Of a stretch of DNA of 64,000 nt, positions 23,466 through 57,421 are shown piece after piece. Below the pieces are notes generated by a model. It was not told the origin of the DNA. It saw only the letters and a list, made by a program, of their open reading frames with translations, and made no database searches. A program made the translations under genes and the position numbers. The first letter of the stretch is position 1. The number at the start of each line of letters is the position of its first letter. This stretch comes from Amoebidium appalachense. Its lineage: Eukaryota > Protista > Ichthyosporea. The stretch is taken from the NCBI GenBank assembly GCA_963693365.1, contig CAVNZM010000011.1, forward strand, positions 5,413,921 to 5,477,920, read 5' to 3'.

Positions 23466-24576
23466 ACCCTCTTCAAAGAGTTTACATACCCAGTTCCTTT
23501 TTTCCCATGCCACTTAGTAGCCGTACTTGAGTACTAACACACTCGTAGGGGCACGTGTGCTGGTTGTATGAAAAAAAAAAAAAAAAAGGTTCTGCTCCAA
23601 CATTATCTCGAATCCCCATGCTTACCGTGCTGCATGATACAAAGATTTGCCTATGTCTTCCAGCTAAGCTCCCATGATCATGATTCCATGCCTTCCCTCC
23701 GTGTGCCCCAAAGTCCTCTCCCCTCCCCCCCCCCCCCCCCCACCCCCTGGGCAAAAAAAAAAAGAGAGAAAAAGCCATCACCAGCAGAAAATCCACGGCA
23801 CCCACCACCCGGTCCACCCGATAAGCCAGGGCTGTGACCGGCAAAAGCATGTATACAATACCGACTCCGAGTGGGATCACATAGCACTTTATTGGCCGCT
23901 CCCTCCTTGCCTCCTGAATTGGATAGGCAAGCTTGTAATGTATCGTTTAGGCACGAAATGACTGCTGCGTATTCGAAGAAGGAAGGCTGCGAAGAAAAAA
24001 GACCGCGCGGGCTGCGAAGAAGGAAGGAAAAATCGGCCGCCGTACGCTTCGACGAGCCGACATGTCGCGTGACACCGTCAGTACGTGTCAGCCAGCAGGT
24101 AGTACGGCAAGTGAATTATATTATACACATGCATGCACTGATGCACTACTAGTAGGTTTCCCGTACTGTATGATGCAAGAAGTGGGATATACTATAAATA
24201 AGCTGATTTTTCATGCACCCCCCCCCCCCCCCCCCCCCCCGGGCCTACAAAAAGTCAAAAAAAAAAAAAAACTGCTGATTACTTCAATTTACTTGTCTTG
24301 CTGCTGTACCGAGCGAATTAAACAACTGGAAGCTTGTTGAGTTCACAATGTACAGTAGTAATTGTACAGTTGATCATGAATCACCTTGTGTTTTGCCAAT
24401 CCCCCCCCCCCCCCCCCCCCCCACTGCACGCACACACACTCTGGCACAAATTTACACACGTGCCCTCCCCCCCCCCCCCCCCCCCCCCCCTCCCTCCCGG
24501 CCCCAGCTGCAGAACTTACACACACACATGCATACACACACACAGTGTACACACACACATATGTATATACACACGT

Positions 24577-24640
<64 letters not shown>

Positions 24641-25189
24641 ACCCACACACATACCCACACACGTACATGGTTCCACCCCAGAACTTTCTTTTGCCGGGCT
24701 ACACCGGCAGGCCTGGACCAGGTGCGGCGCCACATTCGATGTTCACGTGCACGATGTTGGAGTACCCATATGCATTCACGTCACCGATCAAAGTCCATCA
24801 AACCATCTTTCCAGCATCGGGCATATGCATATGCACGCAATAGTTTCGAAGGGGCAGGAGGTTGAGAGGAAGACGAGGGGATGCATGTCGGGTGGCATAT
24901 GCACATGCAGGTGACTGTTAGACGTCTTGACTAAAGAGGGGATGAGACAAGAACTCCGGACTGCATGTGACTGGGTGCACGTCACGGTGTGGAGAGGGGG
25001 GGAAAGGGGGGAAGGGTTTCACAATTACATGTTTGTTTGAATGTGCCACTGATAGAGTGACTTGTGCACTGAACACAAAGGGAGGAAGAAAGACAAGGTA
25101 TACCCCCCCCCCCCCCCCCCTCCCCCTTACAATAACAAAAGAAAGAAAGAAAGAAAAAGAAAAAGGAAAAAAAAAAAAATCCGGCAATA

Positions 25190-25227
<38 letters not shown>

Positions 25228-25258
25228 CAACAACAACAAAAAAAAATAAATCCACACA

Positions 25259-25575
25259 GACATCCATAAAACCAGACACACAACGATTATAAATGAACCG
25301 AAAGATGTACTTGCATCATTTTTTGGTGAAATGTGCTTTGCTGTGCACAGAAAGGAAAATGGAAAAAACTGCAAAAGTCAGAGAACGAAGCATAAGAGAA
25401 AGGGGATACACAAGCGTGACATCCATAAAACCAGACACAACGATTATTGATGAACCGAAAGATGTACTTGCATCATTTTTTGGTGAAATGTGCTTTACTG
25501 TGCACAGATAGGAAAATGCAAAAAACTGCAGAAGTCAGAGAACGAAGCATAAGAGAGAGAGGAGACACAAGCGTG
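25259..25575. repeat. Tandem direct duplication, two ~158-bp copies
   Basis: gacatccataaaaccagacac...cacaagcgtg at 25259-25417 and 25418-25575, with a few substitutions. Confidence 0.92.
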
Positions 25576-26075
25576 CTGGTGCAACTAGGGAGTTCAAGTG
25601 TGGGCAAGGGTTGGGGAATCGTTGTATTTTTTTTCGGTTTTTCTTTTGTTTTTGTTTGCTTTGATTTTTTTTGTGTGTGGCGGGGGGGGGGGGGGGGGGG
25701 GGGGGGGAGTGGAAAACGATGTTTGAGAAAGAAAACGACGAAGAGTTGTGTGAGAATACGTCGACCTTGCAAACCTTCACAAAAAGTTAGCTTTTATAGG
25801 GCAAACATGGTGCATCAAAGAAGGCGCAAGCCTTTGCATGGTCTTTGTCACATAGTTTGGCAAACAGGAAAGGGAAAGTGGGGCAGACTCCTTAGTTGTA
25901 GCAAGCTAAGAGTTCTGCAGTGCACGAAGAGGGTGGTAGAGCGTTTACAGCATAATAGAAAGGAGTTGGGGAGATTTTGCTAGTTAAGGCCTCGGCAAGA
26001 GTCGTGATTGTTTTAGAACTAAAGAAAACTAGCAGAACACACAATTTGGGCACAACAGATTTCTTTGAAAGGGGT

Positions 26076-26091
26076 GGTGTTTAAAAACACC
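26076..26091 (-). promoter_or_regulatory. Histone 3' stem-loop (H4)
   Basis: Sense GGTGTT-TTTA-AACACC 46 nt after the stop, followed by ACCCCT and TTCAAAG (26069-26063). Confidence 0.9.
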
Positions 26092-26137
26092 GTAATAAGG
26101 CAAGAGTTGTACAAGCCTGGCACAGGAACTGCACACT

Positions 26138-27134
<997 letters not shown>

Positions 27135-27169
27135 ATTGCCACAGACGCCATTTCACGAAAAAAAATAAT

Positions 27170-27185
27170 GGTGTTTTTAAACACC
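27170..27185 (+). promoter_or_regulatory. Histone 3' stem-loop (H2A)
   Basis: GGTGTT-TTTA-AACACC 35 nt after the stop, followed by ACCCCCCC and TTCAAAG (27194-27200). Confidence 0.9.
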
Positions 27186-27911
27186 ACCCCCCCTTCAAAG
27201 CTTTATCGTGCAGATTCACCCTCCGCCCGCAAAGTTGCATACTTAAACCTGTTGCATCGAACATCACACCACTCGGACACAGTGCATGTAGGCGCTCTCA
27301 GTGCTTCAGATCCTGCAACTATGTCTGGTCCTTCCCTCACGTCCTCCCAACTACCACCACTACCACCACCACCAAAAAAAAAGGAGAGAGAAAGAAAATA
27401 CATGCACGGGAGTGCAAAGTAAAGGCATGCAGCAGCACCCGGTACTCCGGTAGAACTCAAAGTTCCTTAGTGCGTCCAGAAGTGCCTCGAAGACCAGTGA
27501 ATATCATTTTATTGCTTTCAGAAAGTAAACTGTAGGTGCATGATTGCCTTGGGCCTTAGCACACCAGCATATGCTGGACAGATGTACTCGTATGTACAGA
27601 TCCATCTTGTGTTCATTCGTTCCAAAATCAACGTATTGCAAGTCCGCCGCTGCCCATCTACCCACTCCATTACACCGCCTAAAGTGTCCACAGCATTATC
27701 ATAATAATTTGTGTCCACTTCCAATTCCACGTGAACAGCACTACCACCATCAAATGTACCGTAATCGACAACATGCCATGGCATATCAGCACCCGCCATT
27801 TGAACATAGGAACGTGCATTGCTGTGTCTACGTAAATTTAGTAAGCCAGGCACACCACGGACCGGCCCAACAACTGTTACAACCTAACCATCACACGTGC
27901 ACGTCGTAAAC

Positions 27912-33824
<5,913 letters not shown>

Positions 33825-34104
33825 GGTGGTATGGCCGTCTCCGAAAACTCCGTCAAATAGGTACGCAGGAAAAGACTTCAAGCACTTCGTATATTCAAGC
33901 ACATAGTAAATTCGTGTGGTAATCTTTACAGTGTATCCTTAAAGTCCAACAGGTATTTTTTTTTTCTTTAAGAAAAAAAAAAAAAAAAAAAAAAAAGGAA
34001 AGGAAAAAAATGAAACCCTTATTTATATGCTATGAATGTGGCTGGGAAGAGAGCCTGGTGCTTTCTGCCTTTAACTTCGCACGTGCAGGTGTGTAAAAGA
34101 AAAT

Positions 34105-34152
<48 letters not shown>

Positions 34153-34155
34153 CGG

Positions 34156-34216
<61 letters not shown>

Positions 34217-35825
34217 TGTGTGTGTGTATGTATGTATGTGTGTGCACGTGTACGTGTGCCCACGTCCGTGCACGCTGGTGTGGTGTGTACGTGTGCCCGT
34301 GCGGGTGTGTTCTTTGTGTTGTGTTTGTGTCCCCACGGCAAAAGCATGTAGCGTGGTGCTGGCTTGACAAATCCAAGCTCTATCTTAACAACTTAGAGTT
34401 GATACTGGCTCCGGCGCGCGTTCCATCAGCCTTTCACAGAACCCCTTCGAACTAAGCTACCTAGCCAGCCTGAACTTCAAAAACGTGAGTGTACGGACTG
34501 CGTGAGTCGGTGTGTCGTTGCTTATGAGGTCATAGGGTTTTGTGAAGGCCCTGAAACTGCAAGGAAATGAGGCTGAAGAAAAGACTATACAAGCCTACTA
34601 ATGCTATACCACAAATAAGCCAACGCAGACAAGCGTAATTATACTTTTGGACGATACATCAACCTATAAACCAGCGCACGTTGGGTTCAACTGTTTCGAA
34701 ACGGGGAGGGCTCGAGTCTGATTACGTAATCGTGGCAGGTGATATGGTAATGGGATGGAAGGTTGGCATATGACAAATTTCGTCTTGCATATCCAGGGCA
34801 GGTCCTGGTATATCTCGACAGATTCGAAGTATCCCGCGGCCCCCATTATTCTGAGACCTTTTCCCTTTGGTCTACACGGTTTATTTCTGGAAAAAGGACG
34901 GGAGTACCGTCCTCTCCCTCGTATACGTGCTTGCATGGCTTATTGCATTTTCCAGCTAGCACGGCCACACACCGCGGGAGCCTGCCGCAGACGCACACGC
35001 TGTTTTACATATATCAGAATTAAAGGATGTATATATATATGCACCACCTATGTGCACATGATAGCCTATTTGCTTAGTAATGAACATCATACGTCCAACT
35101 GACATCTATCCTAAAAATATAACAAACATACACCCTAAGCCCTCTTAAGAACGGAAGGGAATAATCAGCCCGTCACGGGGTAAAAAAAAACGGGGAATGG
35201 TTTACTGCAGTTCATCAAAAACATCCATGCCCTTACTAGGGTCATGCCGCATATCAGGGGATATGTACCCGCAACTTTCCAGATATCATGTATTTTACAA
35301 AATAAGCCATCGGAAAATCCAAAAAGAACAGGCGGCGGGGAACTGCACAAAAATCAAACACACCGGCCTCAAGGGCCCTAAAAATAAACACCCACCTTAA
35401 AAAGACCCCCTCGCCCCCCCAACTACCACCCCCGGCCACCACCCACACACACACACCGCCCCGCCCCGCCACCATCACCACCACCACCATTAAAAATGAC
35501 TTGAAGAAGGAAAAAGAAACGAAAAAGAAGAAGAGAAAGAAAAAAGCCTACAAGTTGGCAATCCTGTTTCAACAGACCTTTAACACAACCTCCTCTGCAT
35601 AAAAACTCCAAGTCAATTGGGATATCCCCAACAAGATCACCCATCCACAAAGGGGGGGGGGGGGGGGGGAATCCGTTAGTCGGCCAAATAGCTGCTGGTA
35701 TCACTCGCTCCCCATTTTCTGAGAGATATCTATGATCTCTCCTCTGATCATACTTTTGAAAGCATCTTTTAAAGGTATTCAATAAAGTAATTAAAAACAT
35801 GATCTACGTTATAACATTTTACGAT

Positions 35826-36790
35826 TTAGTTTCTGCTATGCCACACATTGAGAATTTCCGCCTCCCTCTCCGTCGTTATCCCCACCAACCCCGTCGGCCT
35901 TTGCAGCACGCACATATCCAACGTATTTTCATCCATGGTCTCCCTACACCACTCCAGTATATCTCTTGCAGTTTCGCTCATGGGCCTAGTCACCAGCCCA
36001 AATTTCACCGCCCTGTCCGCATTTACCCGCATCATGGGGGTCTTGGGTGATGGGAGGAAGAGAGGTAAACCCACCCAAGGGGTAACAGACTGAGAGAGAA
36101 GGAAGCCTTCTGTCGTGTGGCTGACTTTGCATTCGTTGTAGCCTGTTGTGGTAAGCGGGATAGGCTCGGTTAGCAGTCGGGAAAATGGTGCAAGTCGCTG
36201 TTTTCTTTTTCGTACTTTCCCTTCTTTTCTTTCCTTTTCTTTTCTTTTCTTTTCCTGTCTTTCTTTCTTTCATTCTTTTTTTTTTTTTTTGTGAAAAAAA
36301 AGGGGGAGGGGGGGGGGGGGGGGGGGGGGAATGGAAAAGCAAAAAAAAGCTCGTTGTTACGATGATATGGCATATGAGAGAGGAGGGAGAGGGTGGCAGC
36401 GTGTGCTGGCAGGAAGGCAGTCAGGGTCGAGGGGGTGGTTGCTGCTTGCATTGAGGGGCTGCAAAACAATGTCAAGGTGTGTGTGTGGGGTGGGGGGTTG
36501 GGGGGGGGGGGGGGGGGGGGGGGGGGGAGACGAGGAGAGGAAAAGAGTGGGAGGGGGGGGGGGGGGGGTATATATTTAGTGGAATGTGTTACAGAGAAAG
36601 AAATTGCACACACAACGGACAACACATTTCAGGTTTTAAAATCACACACAGAAGTGTATGCATCATAAGCAGTGCGTATTCTCCGGGGGAGGGGGAGGGG
36701 GAGGGGGACGTGAGGGGGGGGGGGGGGGGGGGAAGAGGAGGGGGGTTTTCAGTGAAGAGTAACAAACAGCAGGCTATAATGATTTTTTAT

Positions 36791-36823
<33 letters not shown>

Positions 36824-37082
36824 CCTAACCAGGCATTTCCCTTAGCATCTCAGCAAATGGGGTAGAAGGGCCGGTCAGGTTGTATGGGCCAATCAGATGG
36901 CTGAGACCGGCATGAAGCATCCAATCAGAAAGGTCCTTCACATCGATCCACTGAACCGGTTGATCTGATTGCGGTGCTAGAACTTCGCCCTGAAAAAACG
37001 GGAGGGATTGGCTGTTATAATCAGAGAAATGGGAGAACTGTTGTGCGTGGAAAAGGAAGAGCTGGTGGGTAGGTGGGTAAGG

Positions 37083-37115
<33 letters not shown>

Positions 37116-39309
37116 GGGGGGGGAAGGGAGGAGGGGGGGGGGGGGGGGGGGGGGGCAGAGGTAGGCGAGGGAACTGTGTGCACATGCGTGTGCCTGGGTG
37201 TGTGCATGTGCATGTGTGTGTGTGTGTGTGTGTGGAGGGAAGGGGGGGGGGGGGGGGGGGCGGGGAAGGGGGGGAGAGGGGGGGGGGGGGGGGGGAGAAT
37301 GTCGAGAGGGGAGAAAAAAGATTGGATGTTCAGTATGGATATTTTACGAAAGGGAAGGAAAGGAACAGAAACAGGACATGAGAAGCGTCACAAGAAGTTG
37401 TAAACATGCATGTGGCCAGGTAGTAGAACCACAGTGTCATGATCTGATGATCTAAATGACAACTAACCAATGAAAACACACCTTGCGCGTGCCGCCCAGT
37501 CTGCGCACCCAATACGTCATTCTATTGGTCGGATCATCTGGTCCCACGATCAGCGTAGCCCGCGCCAGCGTGTGATTGGTCGGGAAGTGCTTCTTGACTA
37601 CCTCCTCACATGCTACCTGTGACAGGGGGAACATGTCAGAAAGACGAACTTTCCGTACCACTTCTGACGAATTTTCCGTACCACCTAGCTCCTCCCCCAC
37701 CACCACCTCCCCCACACACATCCAACCTCACCATGCTCCCTCAACCCACACATGCACACACCCACCCACCCACCCACCCAACCCCCCCCACACAATCCAC
37801 CCATGCTTCTCGGGCTCTTTTTTCTGGAGTCTTTGTCACCCGCATTAATCAAAATGTAGGGAGAAAACCGACCTGCGTGTATTGCCAAGTCACACCAAGG
37901 GTTCGAAAGTAGCCGGATTACTGTATGGTTACCAACATCAATCAAAAAGAGAATCCACAAATTTGGCATATGTTGAATTTTAAGGGATTTTCAAAGGGAG
38001 TTTCTTTAAGCCATATTTATAGGCCCTACTTCGCGTAAGGTAAGTGTGCATTCCGCCAATCACATGGACTAAGCATATTCGGGTCTGACCCGACCCGAAA
38101 CCTGGAAAAAAAAAACACCAAGGCTTTCAGGCCCACGATCTCGGAGAGCACGTGGAGAGTGCAGTCAGGGTATAACGTGGGTGGCTTTTAATACTTCAAA
38201 ACTTGCGACCTACACTCTTCCACCCACCCCCCTTCCGCCTCTCTTACAACAAAAAAAAATTTTTAAACAAAAAAAGGAGAAAAAAAGAAAGAAAGAAAAA
38301 AAAAGAGAAAGATAAAGAGTGGGAAACAGGAATAAATTAGAGGTAATTCTTAGGCCATGAAACAAGAGTCAATCATGACTGCCCCCCCCCCCCCCCCCTC
38401 TCTCCCCCCCCCCCCCCCCCTCTCTCTCCCCCCCCCCCCCCCCCCCCCCTCCCTCTCCCCCCCCGGGGCCCGCCCGCCCTTCTCCCCCCCCCCTCCCCAT
38501 CCCCATACACACACTCACACAAACACACACACACACAACTTCAAAAAAAGCCGGAAAGTAAAACAGAGAACACGGAGGGATGGGGGGAGGGGGGAGGGGG
38601 CTGGGGGGGGGGGGGGGGGGGGCTGGGGGAAAAGGAGGGAGAAACTGGGGATTGAGTGATAGAGAAATGAAGAAGGAGGGATGCTGCAGCGATTGGACAA
38701 GTGTCAATCCATGACTTTCACATCCTTCCTGCCTGGGGGTATGGGCAGAGACAAGTGGGCGACGGTAGTCTCTATGGGGTAAAACGAGAAACAAACAAAA
38801 AAAATTAAAAAAAAGACTTTGACGATTCAACACACCTTTCTGTTGCCGTAAATCTCACCACTGAACTCTGCCGGCCCTTCATCATAGTGCGGCTCGACGA
38901 GATCCGCATCTTCCGCTTTGCTCACATCTATCGGGTCTGAATACACGGAGATGGTCGAAACGAGAACATACTGGCCCACTCTCCCTTTGAGGGCGGTTGC
39001 AACCGACTCCACCATGAGGGAGGTTTGCGCTGATGTGTCAATGACAACATCGTAGAATGTCGTGTCGCTTGCAAGGGCTGACACATCTTCGTTTCTGTCT
39101 CCGATGAGAGATCGCACCTGCAGTCGGCAAAAAAAAGAGATCAACTGCTGTTGTGCAGAAACCGTCTGTGATGATGTGCTGCGGGAAAAACCTAAAAACA
39201 ACTCGGGGGGCAAAAGAAGAAAATGGATAGCAAGGAACGGAGAAGCAGGGGGACGAAGAGCGGCAGGAATACCACTTCTGTTTCTTTTCCTTTTTTTTCT
39301 TTTTTTTTT

Positions 39310-39340
<31 letters not shown>

Positions 39341-39487
39341 GGAAAGAACGGGGGACAAGCATACCCCTGCCAGCGGCGCTTTGCTACCTCTATTGAAAGC
39401 TGTGACCTCCAGCCCACGCTTCAAAGCCGCATCTGTAACATGCTTGCCAACAAAGGTACAACCACCTAGAAGTAGAAGGTGGGGCAT
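35826..39487 (-). CDS. Atypical SDR / NAD-dependent epimerase-dehydratase family protein, 5 exons, 338 aa
   Basis: Exons 39487-39365, 39117-38836, 37616-37482, 36989-36830 and 36142-35826 are phase-consistent. Rossmann motif LLLGGCTFVG, VTAFNRG, VSTISVY, YGNRK (YxxxK), IVGPDDPTNRMTYWVRR, QWIDVKDL and PWVGLPL. Confidence 0.9.
36578..36672 (-). repeat. Dispersed intronic repeat family, diverged copy
   Basis: Reverse complement ctgcttatgatgcatacacttctgtgtgtg...tgtgttgtccgttg...acacattccac aligns by eye to 17813-17930. Confidence 0.65.
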
Positions 39488-40188
39488 GGTGATTTTTTAT
39501 GTGTAAAGAAGGCCAACTATTTGGCGAATGCTTAACACAGCACAAAAAAGGCCAACTAAAAAGAGAATCTCAAACTGGAAAACTGGAACTCTGTCAGTCC
39601 AGGGTGGCAGCCTTATACAATCTTCCAGAGATGAGAAACTTGAACTACATACGGTATGGTGAACCGATGATGGACTGAGCAACAAAAAACAAACAACAAA
39701 CAATTGAACAAAGTGACTGGATCATGAGCCTTACCAGAACAGTTGGCGCCATTTTGCTGCATTTACCATATTTGGTGGTGCATTAAGAAAACGTTCTGAT
39801 TGGATACAGTCAGAATGCTCGTTACGTCATCATTCAGTCACTGGATCCCGGCCTCTGCAGGCTCAAGCAAAAAACTTGGGGGGAAAAAAAGCTGCACAAA
39901 ATTTTAAAGTTTTCGAGGTTCGAGTTTATTGATGTTCAGCCCCAAGTCTGAAGAGTTGAGGCTGTAACATTCTTTTTTGTTTCCGCTAGGCTCAATTATA
40001 AATACGCGTGTTGATTTATTATATGAGGTGTCAGGGCACACTTGGTGCGCTCAGTAAAGGTGTTGTTGTGTGTGCCTATTTGTGCACACCAGCACCTAAC
40101 TGAACCAAGCGGACGCTTGGAAAGCAGGGCGAGATACCTACACACACGCACACACGTATGGCATTGCCTAGAAGGGCAGACAGTAAGG

Positions 40189-52499
<12,311 letters not shown>

Positions 52500-52691
52500 A
52501 GGGCTTCTGCAGCACGTTTCTTCGAATATTTGAATGTAGCTCATGTTCTGGTGATCTTTCCTTACTTAACACGAATACACACATCATCCTCCTTAATCTT
52601 TCTGGTTGTTGATTTATTGTCTCAGCTTTTTCGCTGTTCGTGTATGCATGGTGGGAGTTTTTGTTCCGGGTTGGGTAGGGGTGTGTTTGGG

Positions 52692-52737
<46 letters not shown>

Positions 52738-52909
52738 AACATCAGTCTCTAGGCAATATGTTTAGGATTAGTTTAAATTCTATTGAGCTTTATGGAAAAA
52801 TCAAACGTACGGAAAATGCACGGGAAGCACATGCGAGTATTCGATTTATGTAATAATCACATGGCAGGATTTTAAGTTCACAGCTTTTCTGTAATTTATT
52901 CCGCATATA

Positions 52910-52952
<43 letters not shown>

Positions 52953-53251
52953 CCCCCTTTCTCTTCTCGGTGGTGGACTAAACCCCCATATATTAGTTTT
53001 TTTTGTGTGGACCACCTGGTACGTCAGGCCAATCTTATGTAGTCTTGCCTGTTCAGTCACACCATGTCCAAGCCAAATCGGGGTCAAAAATTCGGGGGAG
53101 ATATGTGGCTTTTATGTTGCTGGAGAGATATTTCATTTCTTTGCCCTATATATATGCATGTGCATGTGTACGGATGAATTGCGAGACCGAGTCGAATGCA
53201 TTAAAGGCACTCTACTGTAAACACGTATCCGCGGCCCGCGGTGTCACATTC

Positions 53252-53349
<98 letters not shown>

Positions 53350-54061
53350 ACCCACCACCACCACCACCACCACCTACCCTTCCTTTGTGGACCTGCATTC
53401 ACACGCAAACCGGGCACACATGTGCGTGCGCACACGCCTACGCCCAAGAGCAACACACACACTCGAAAGTTACACATGTGCACCGTGGTCGCACACGGTT
53501 CACCTGCAGTGTCACATGCACAATGGCACACATGCGCGCTTCCACACGCTCACATAAACACCCAATCTAGGTATGCAATTATGCATGTGCAAACGATGAT
53601 TTATCTACCATGTATATACGTAATATGCACGGCCGAGTCGATCACGACGCCAAGCGGTTCGTGTGTGTGTGTCACGGTGTGTGTGTGTGTGTGGTGGTGG
53701 TGGTGGGGGGGGGGGTTAACAGAGAAAAGAGTCCAAAGCGCAGTCGGACATTTATAATTAATGGACAATGAATTGTCACGTCATAATAAGCAGAGCCCAT
53801 GTGCATCCTTAGGTGCCCTGGTACGGACCAAAGTCATTCACAACAGCCGAATGTCGATCCATTCACCTCGTCGCCCAATTGCAAACCCAACAGTTACTCT
53901 GAGTCAAATACTGTTTCACTTGAAGCCCCATGGGTGGGTCAACCGTCGTACGCGTGAACAGAGACGAGCAGGCTTACTTCTGCAGGCAGGCAACAGGCAA
54001 CAAGCAAGGGCAGGGTGTTTTGGGGGTGTGTGGTGTGGGGGGTTGTGTGTATGTGTGTGTG

Positions 54062-54103
<42 letters not shown>

Positions 54104-54615
54104 CTGCAGTGAATGGTCTGGCCATGTGCACAGTGTAGAAGCTACACTTTCATTTCCGAAAGAATCTAGACTCCGGAAAAATTACGATCAGAACGGGCTT
54201 TATCGTTATGTACATTAATTGCCGGCTCTATAAATACCACAGGAGAGTCAACAAAAAAAATAAAAGAGAGAGAGAAAAACCTTGGAACTTTCTCTTTCAC
54301 ATATGCACACGTCCAACCGTGCGCAAATTTGCGGGAGATGGGTCTACCCATTACATGTTGATGCAAAAACGAAGGAAATTGTTTCTCAAACAAAACCAAA
54401 AGCCACACGTGCCTAACGTGACATAGGAGTCTAACTAACATGTATAAGCTTTAACCTCCCCCCCCCCCCCCCCCCCCCCCCCCAAATACTACCCCAAAAT
54501 TGTGTGTGTGTGTGTGTGTGTCATCAAAAACAAGACAGCGACAGTTCTCGCAGCCGCCCCGTCCACCTTCCACACACACCCACACGCTTGTAACCTAAAA
54601 ACCTAAACCGCCAAC

Positions 54616-55068
54616 CTAAAAGTTCTGCGCGATGAGCGGGAGGCGCGTAGCGACCGCCTTGCTATCGCGATAGTACTTTTCAGCAGGGAAATCCTTTGTG
54701 AAACCAACACCTCCAAGCCACTCAATACAAAGACTGCTACTCTTACGTCCGGTCCTCTGTGCATACCACGCAGCCAATTCAGACTCTTTGTCGAATGGCA
54801 TCCCCTGTTCGCTCATGCGTGTTGCGTTGTATGTGAGAAGGCGCGCTGCTTCGATTTCGGTGGCAACCTGTGTTGGGTAGGAATGAGGGAAAAGGTGAGT
54901 GAGTGGGTGAGTGAGTGGGTGGGTGGGTGGGTGGGTGAATGAGTGAATGTAAAGCGAAAAGTGGTGGTTGTTGGTGGGGTGATGTGGAGAGGTTTGGTGG
55001 CAGTGGGGGTCGAAAGAGAGGTATGTGGATGGCATGGCAGAGAAGGGTTTTTTCTTTTTTTTTTTTAA

Positions 55069-55109
<41 letters not shown>

Positions 55110-56253
55110 CTCTTCCCTTGGGTGTGTGTGTGGGGGGGGGGTTTTGAATGCGTCAAAAAGTACGAAGTACACAAGAACAAACGGATAACACGATGCAGAA
55201 TGCAAGCCATACATAAAGAGTATGCATAATAAGCAGAGCCCATCCTCAGGGGGGGCCCACGTCATCCACAGTACCCGAGTTTCGACCTATTCCCCTCTGG
55301 GGGGGGGGGGGGGGGGGGGGAGGGGGGGGGGGGGGGGGGGGGGAGTAGAATGTGTTACAGAGGGTACGCTGCAAATTGAAACAGGGAAGCAGAACACGAT
55401 CAAGTGAAATAGAAGTAAGTCGGGTGTCGAATCATGTAAAGGCAGAAACGGGAGGGGAAGGGAGGGAGGGGGTGTTTCGAAGCTACATGTGATGAACTCG
55501 TACCCATCCCCCATCCCCCATCCCCCCCGCTTCCCTCCCTCCCCCCCACAAACCACCCCCCCACTCCCTCCCCGCCTCCCCACCCCTCGACCCAAAGACC
55601 TCCGGCACCCTCTTTGAGTGCCCTATGGCTCCCCCCAAAGTGCCAAAAGAAACCCAAAAAGAAACCGCACAGACACCCCCTGCACGACCAGTATATGCAT
55701 TGCCCACCCATATGTAACACAGGGACACACAACCCCCTACACCCACGCGCTTCCAAGGATACAAGGGCACCTGACAATCGTGTAACGTGCAAATCTAGCC
55801 CCATATGCCCACAATACACAAAAGGCGGGACTTATTATCGTGACTACACACATAGAGACATGCAGGCTAGTAAACAACGTCCATTAACCCAATAGCTCAG
55901 CCCCCCCCCCCCCCCCCCCCCCCCACAAACACACACACACGCCCAGCCCACGTTAGCCCGTCAACCAACACAGACATCTCGTCCTACTCAACACCCCCTG
56001 CCCCTGCCCCCTGCCCCCTCCCCCCCCCCCCCCCCTTCCCCCACCCAAACACACACGCGCACATTAAAAAGAAAACCCCTTCCATGCACACGCACACACA
56101 AACACACACACACACCTGTGCACGCTGGTGTTGCATGCCCTGGAAGTCAGCAATGGGCTTTCCAAATTGGAATCGCTGGTACAGGTAAGGCATGGTGCTG
56201 TCAAACACGCCCTTGGCCAGACCACACTGAAGCGCAGCTCCACTGACTGCAAA

Positions 56254-56291
<38 letters not shown>

Positions 56292-56724
56292 TGTGTGTTC
56301 GTGTGTGTGTTCGTGTGGTTACCGGGGGCTGGGGGGGGGGGGGGAGGGGGGGTTGTAGAATGTGGGGAGGATCTGTGTGTGATTGTGTGTGCGCATGCGA
56401 GTGTCTGTATGTGTGTTTGTGTGTGTGGGGGGGGGGGGGGGGGGGTAGGTGTGTGTGATGATTGGTAAGAGGGGGGGGGGGGGGGGGGGGGGCGTTTGTC
56501 AGTTGGTGGGAAGCATCTGTGTATGAAATTGTGTGTGCGTGTGCGTGTGTGTGTCGTGTGTGTGGGTGCGTGTGCAAACATGTGGAGATAGATGAGTGTG
56601 TGGATTATTGGATCTGTGGGTGTTTATTTTTCTGGCTATGTGGGCAGGCTGTGTGTTTCATTTAAAAAAATTTAAACGTGAAGAGCAGGTGAGGGGGGAG
56701 GGGGCAATCCAGGCCTACGCTAGT

Positions 56725-56777
<53 letters not shown>

Positions 56778-57365
56778 GTGTGTGTGTGTGTGTGTGTGTC
56801 TGTGTGTGTGTGTGTGATCACTAAAATGAAAGTCTGAGCGCATGCACATATATACGACAGGTAGTTTGAATTGGGTGTGTGTTGTGTGTTTCCCTCTCCT
56901 TTATTTCCCTCCTTTCTCCTGTTTCTTACTTTTTTTCCTTTTGTCTTCCTCTTTTTTTTTTTTTGCCCTCCATGCTCGAGGGCCACCGGTAATACCCACT
57001 TTCCGTTTCTACAAAAAACTAAAGGACCAGGTGCCTCCGTGACACTCATAATTTCCCTCCCTCCCTTCCCCCAGCCCTTCAAACAAACACATGAGGAGTG
57101 GGAGGGGAGGGGGGGGGGGGGGGGGGAGTGGGGAGAGGGAGGTAGGGAGGGAGGGAGGGAGAGGGAGAGATAGAAATAGAGAGACGGGGGGAGAGTTGGG
57201 GTGAGGAGAGAACAGAGGGAGGGAAAAACCAAGAAAAGGGAGGGGAAAAGAGGCAAATCCCCCCCTACCCTCCACATCCTCCCCCCCATCCCCCCGCACA
57301 CCCTTTCCCCCGGCCTTCCCATGTCCCCCCGCGCCTGCTTGCCAACTCCCTCTGCCACTGATTTA

Positions 57366-57421
<56 letters not shown>

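Noticed and set aside
23871-24914. Exon-like blocks between H3 and H4 (possible H1 or other gene)
   Set aside because: No winged-helix H1 motif and no phase-consistent model could be built.
27518-27853. 111-aa minus-strand ORF with protein-like composition
   Set aside because: It lies immediately in the ATG101 3' UTR region, has a non-ATG start and shows no recognisable motif.
34664-35102. Short ORFs between ATG101 and the SDR gene
   Set aside because: No motifs or splice-consistent structure. Probably ATG101 promoter/5' region.
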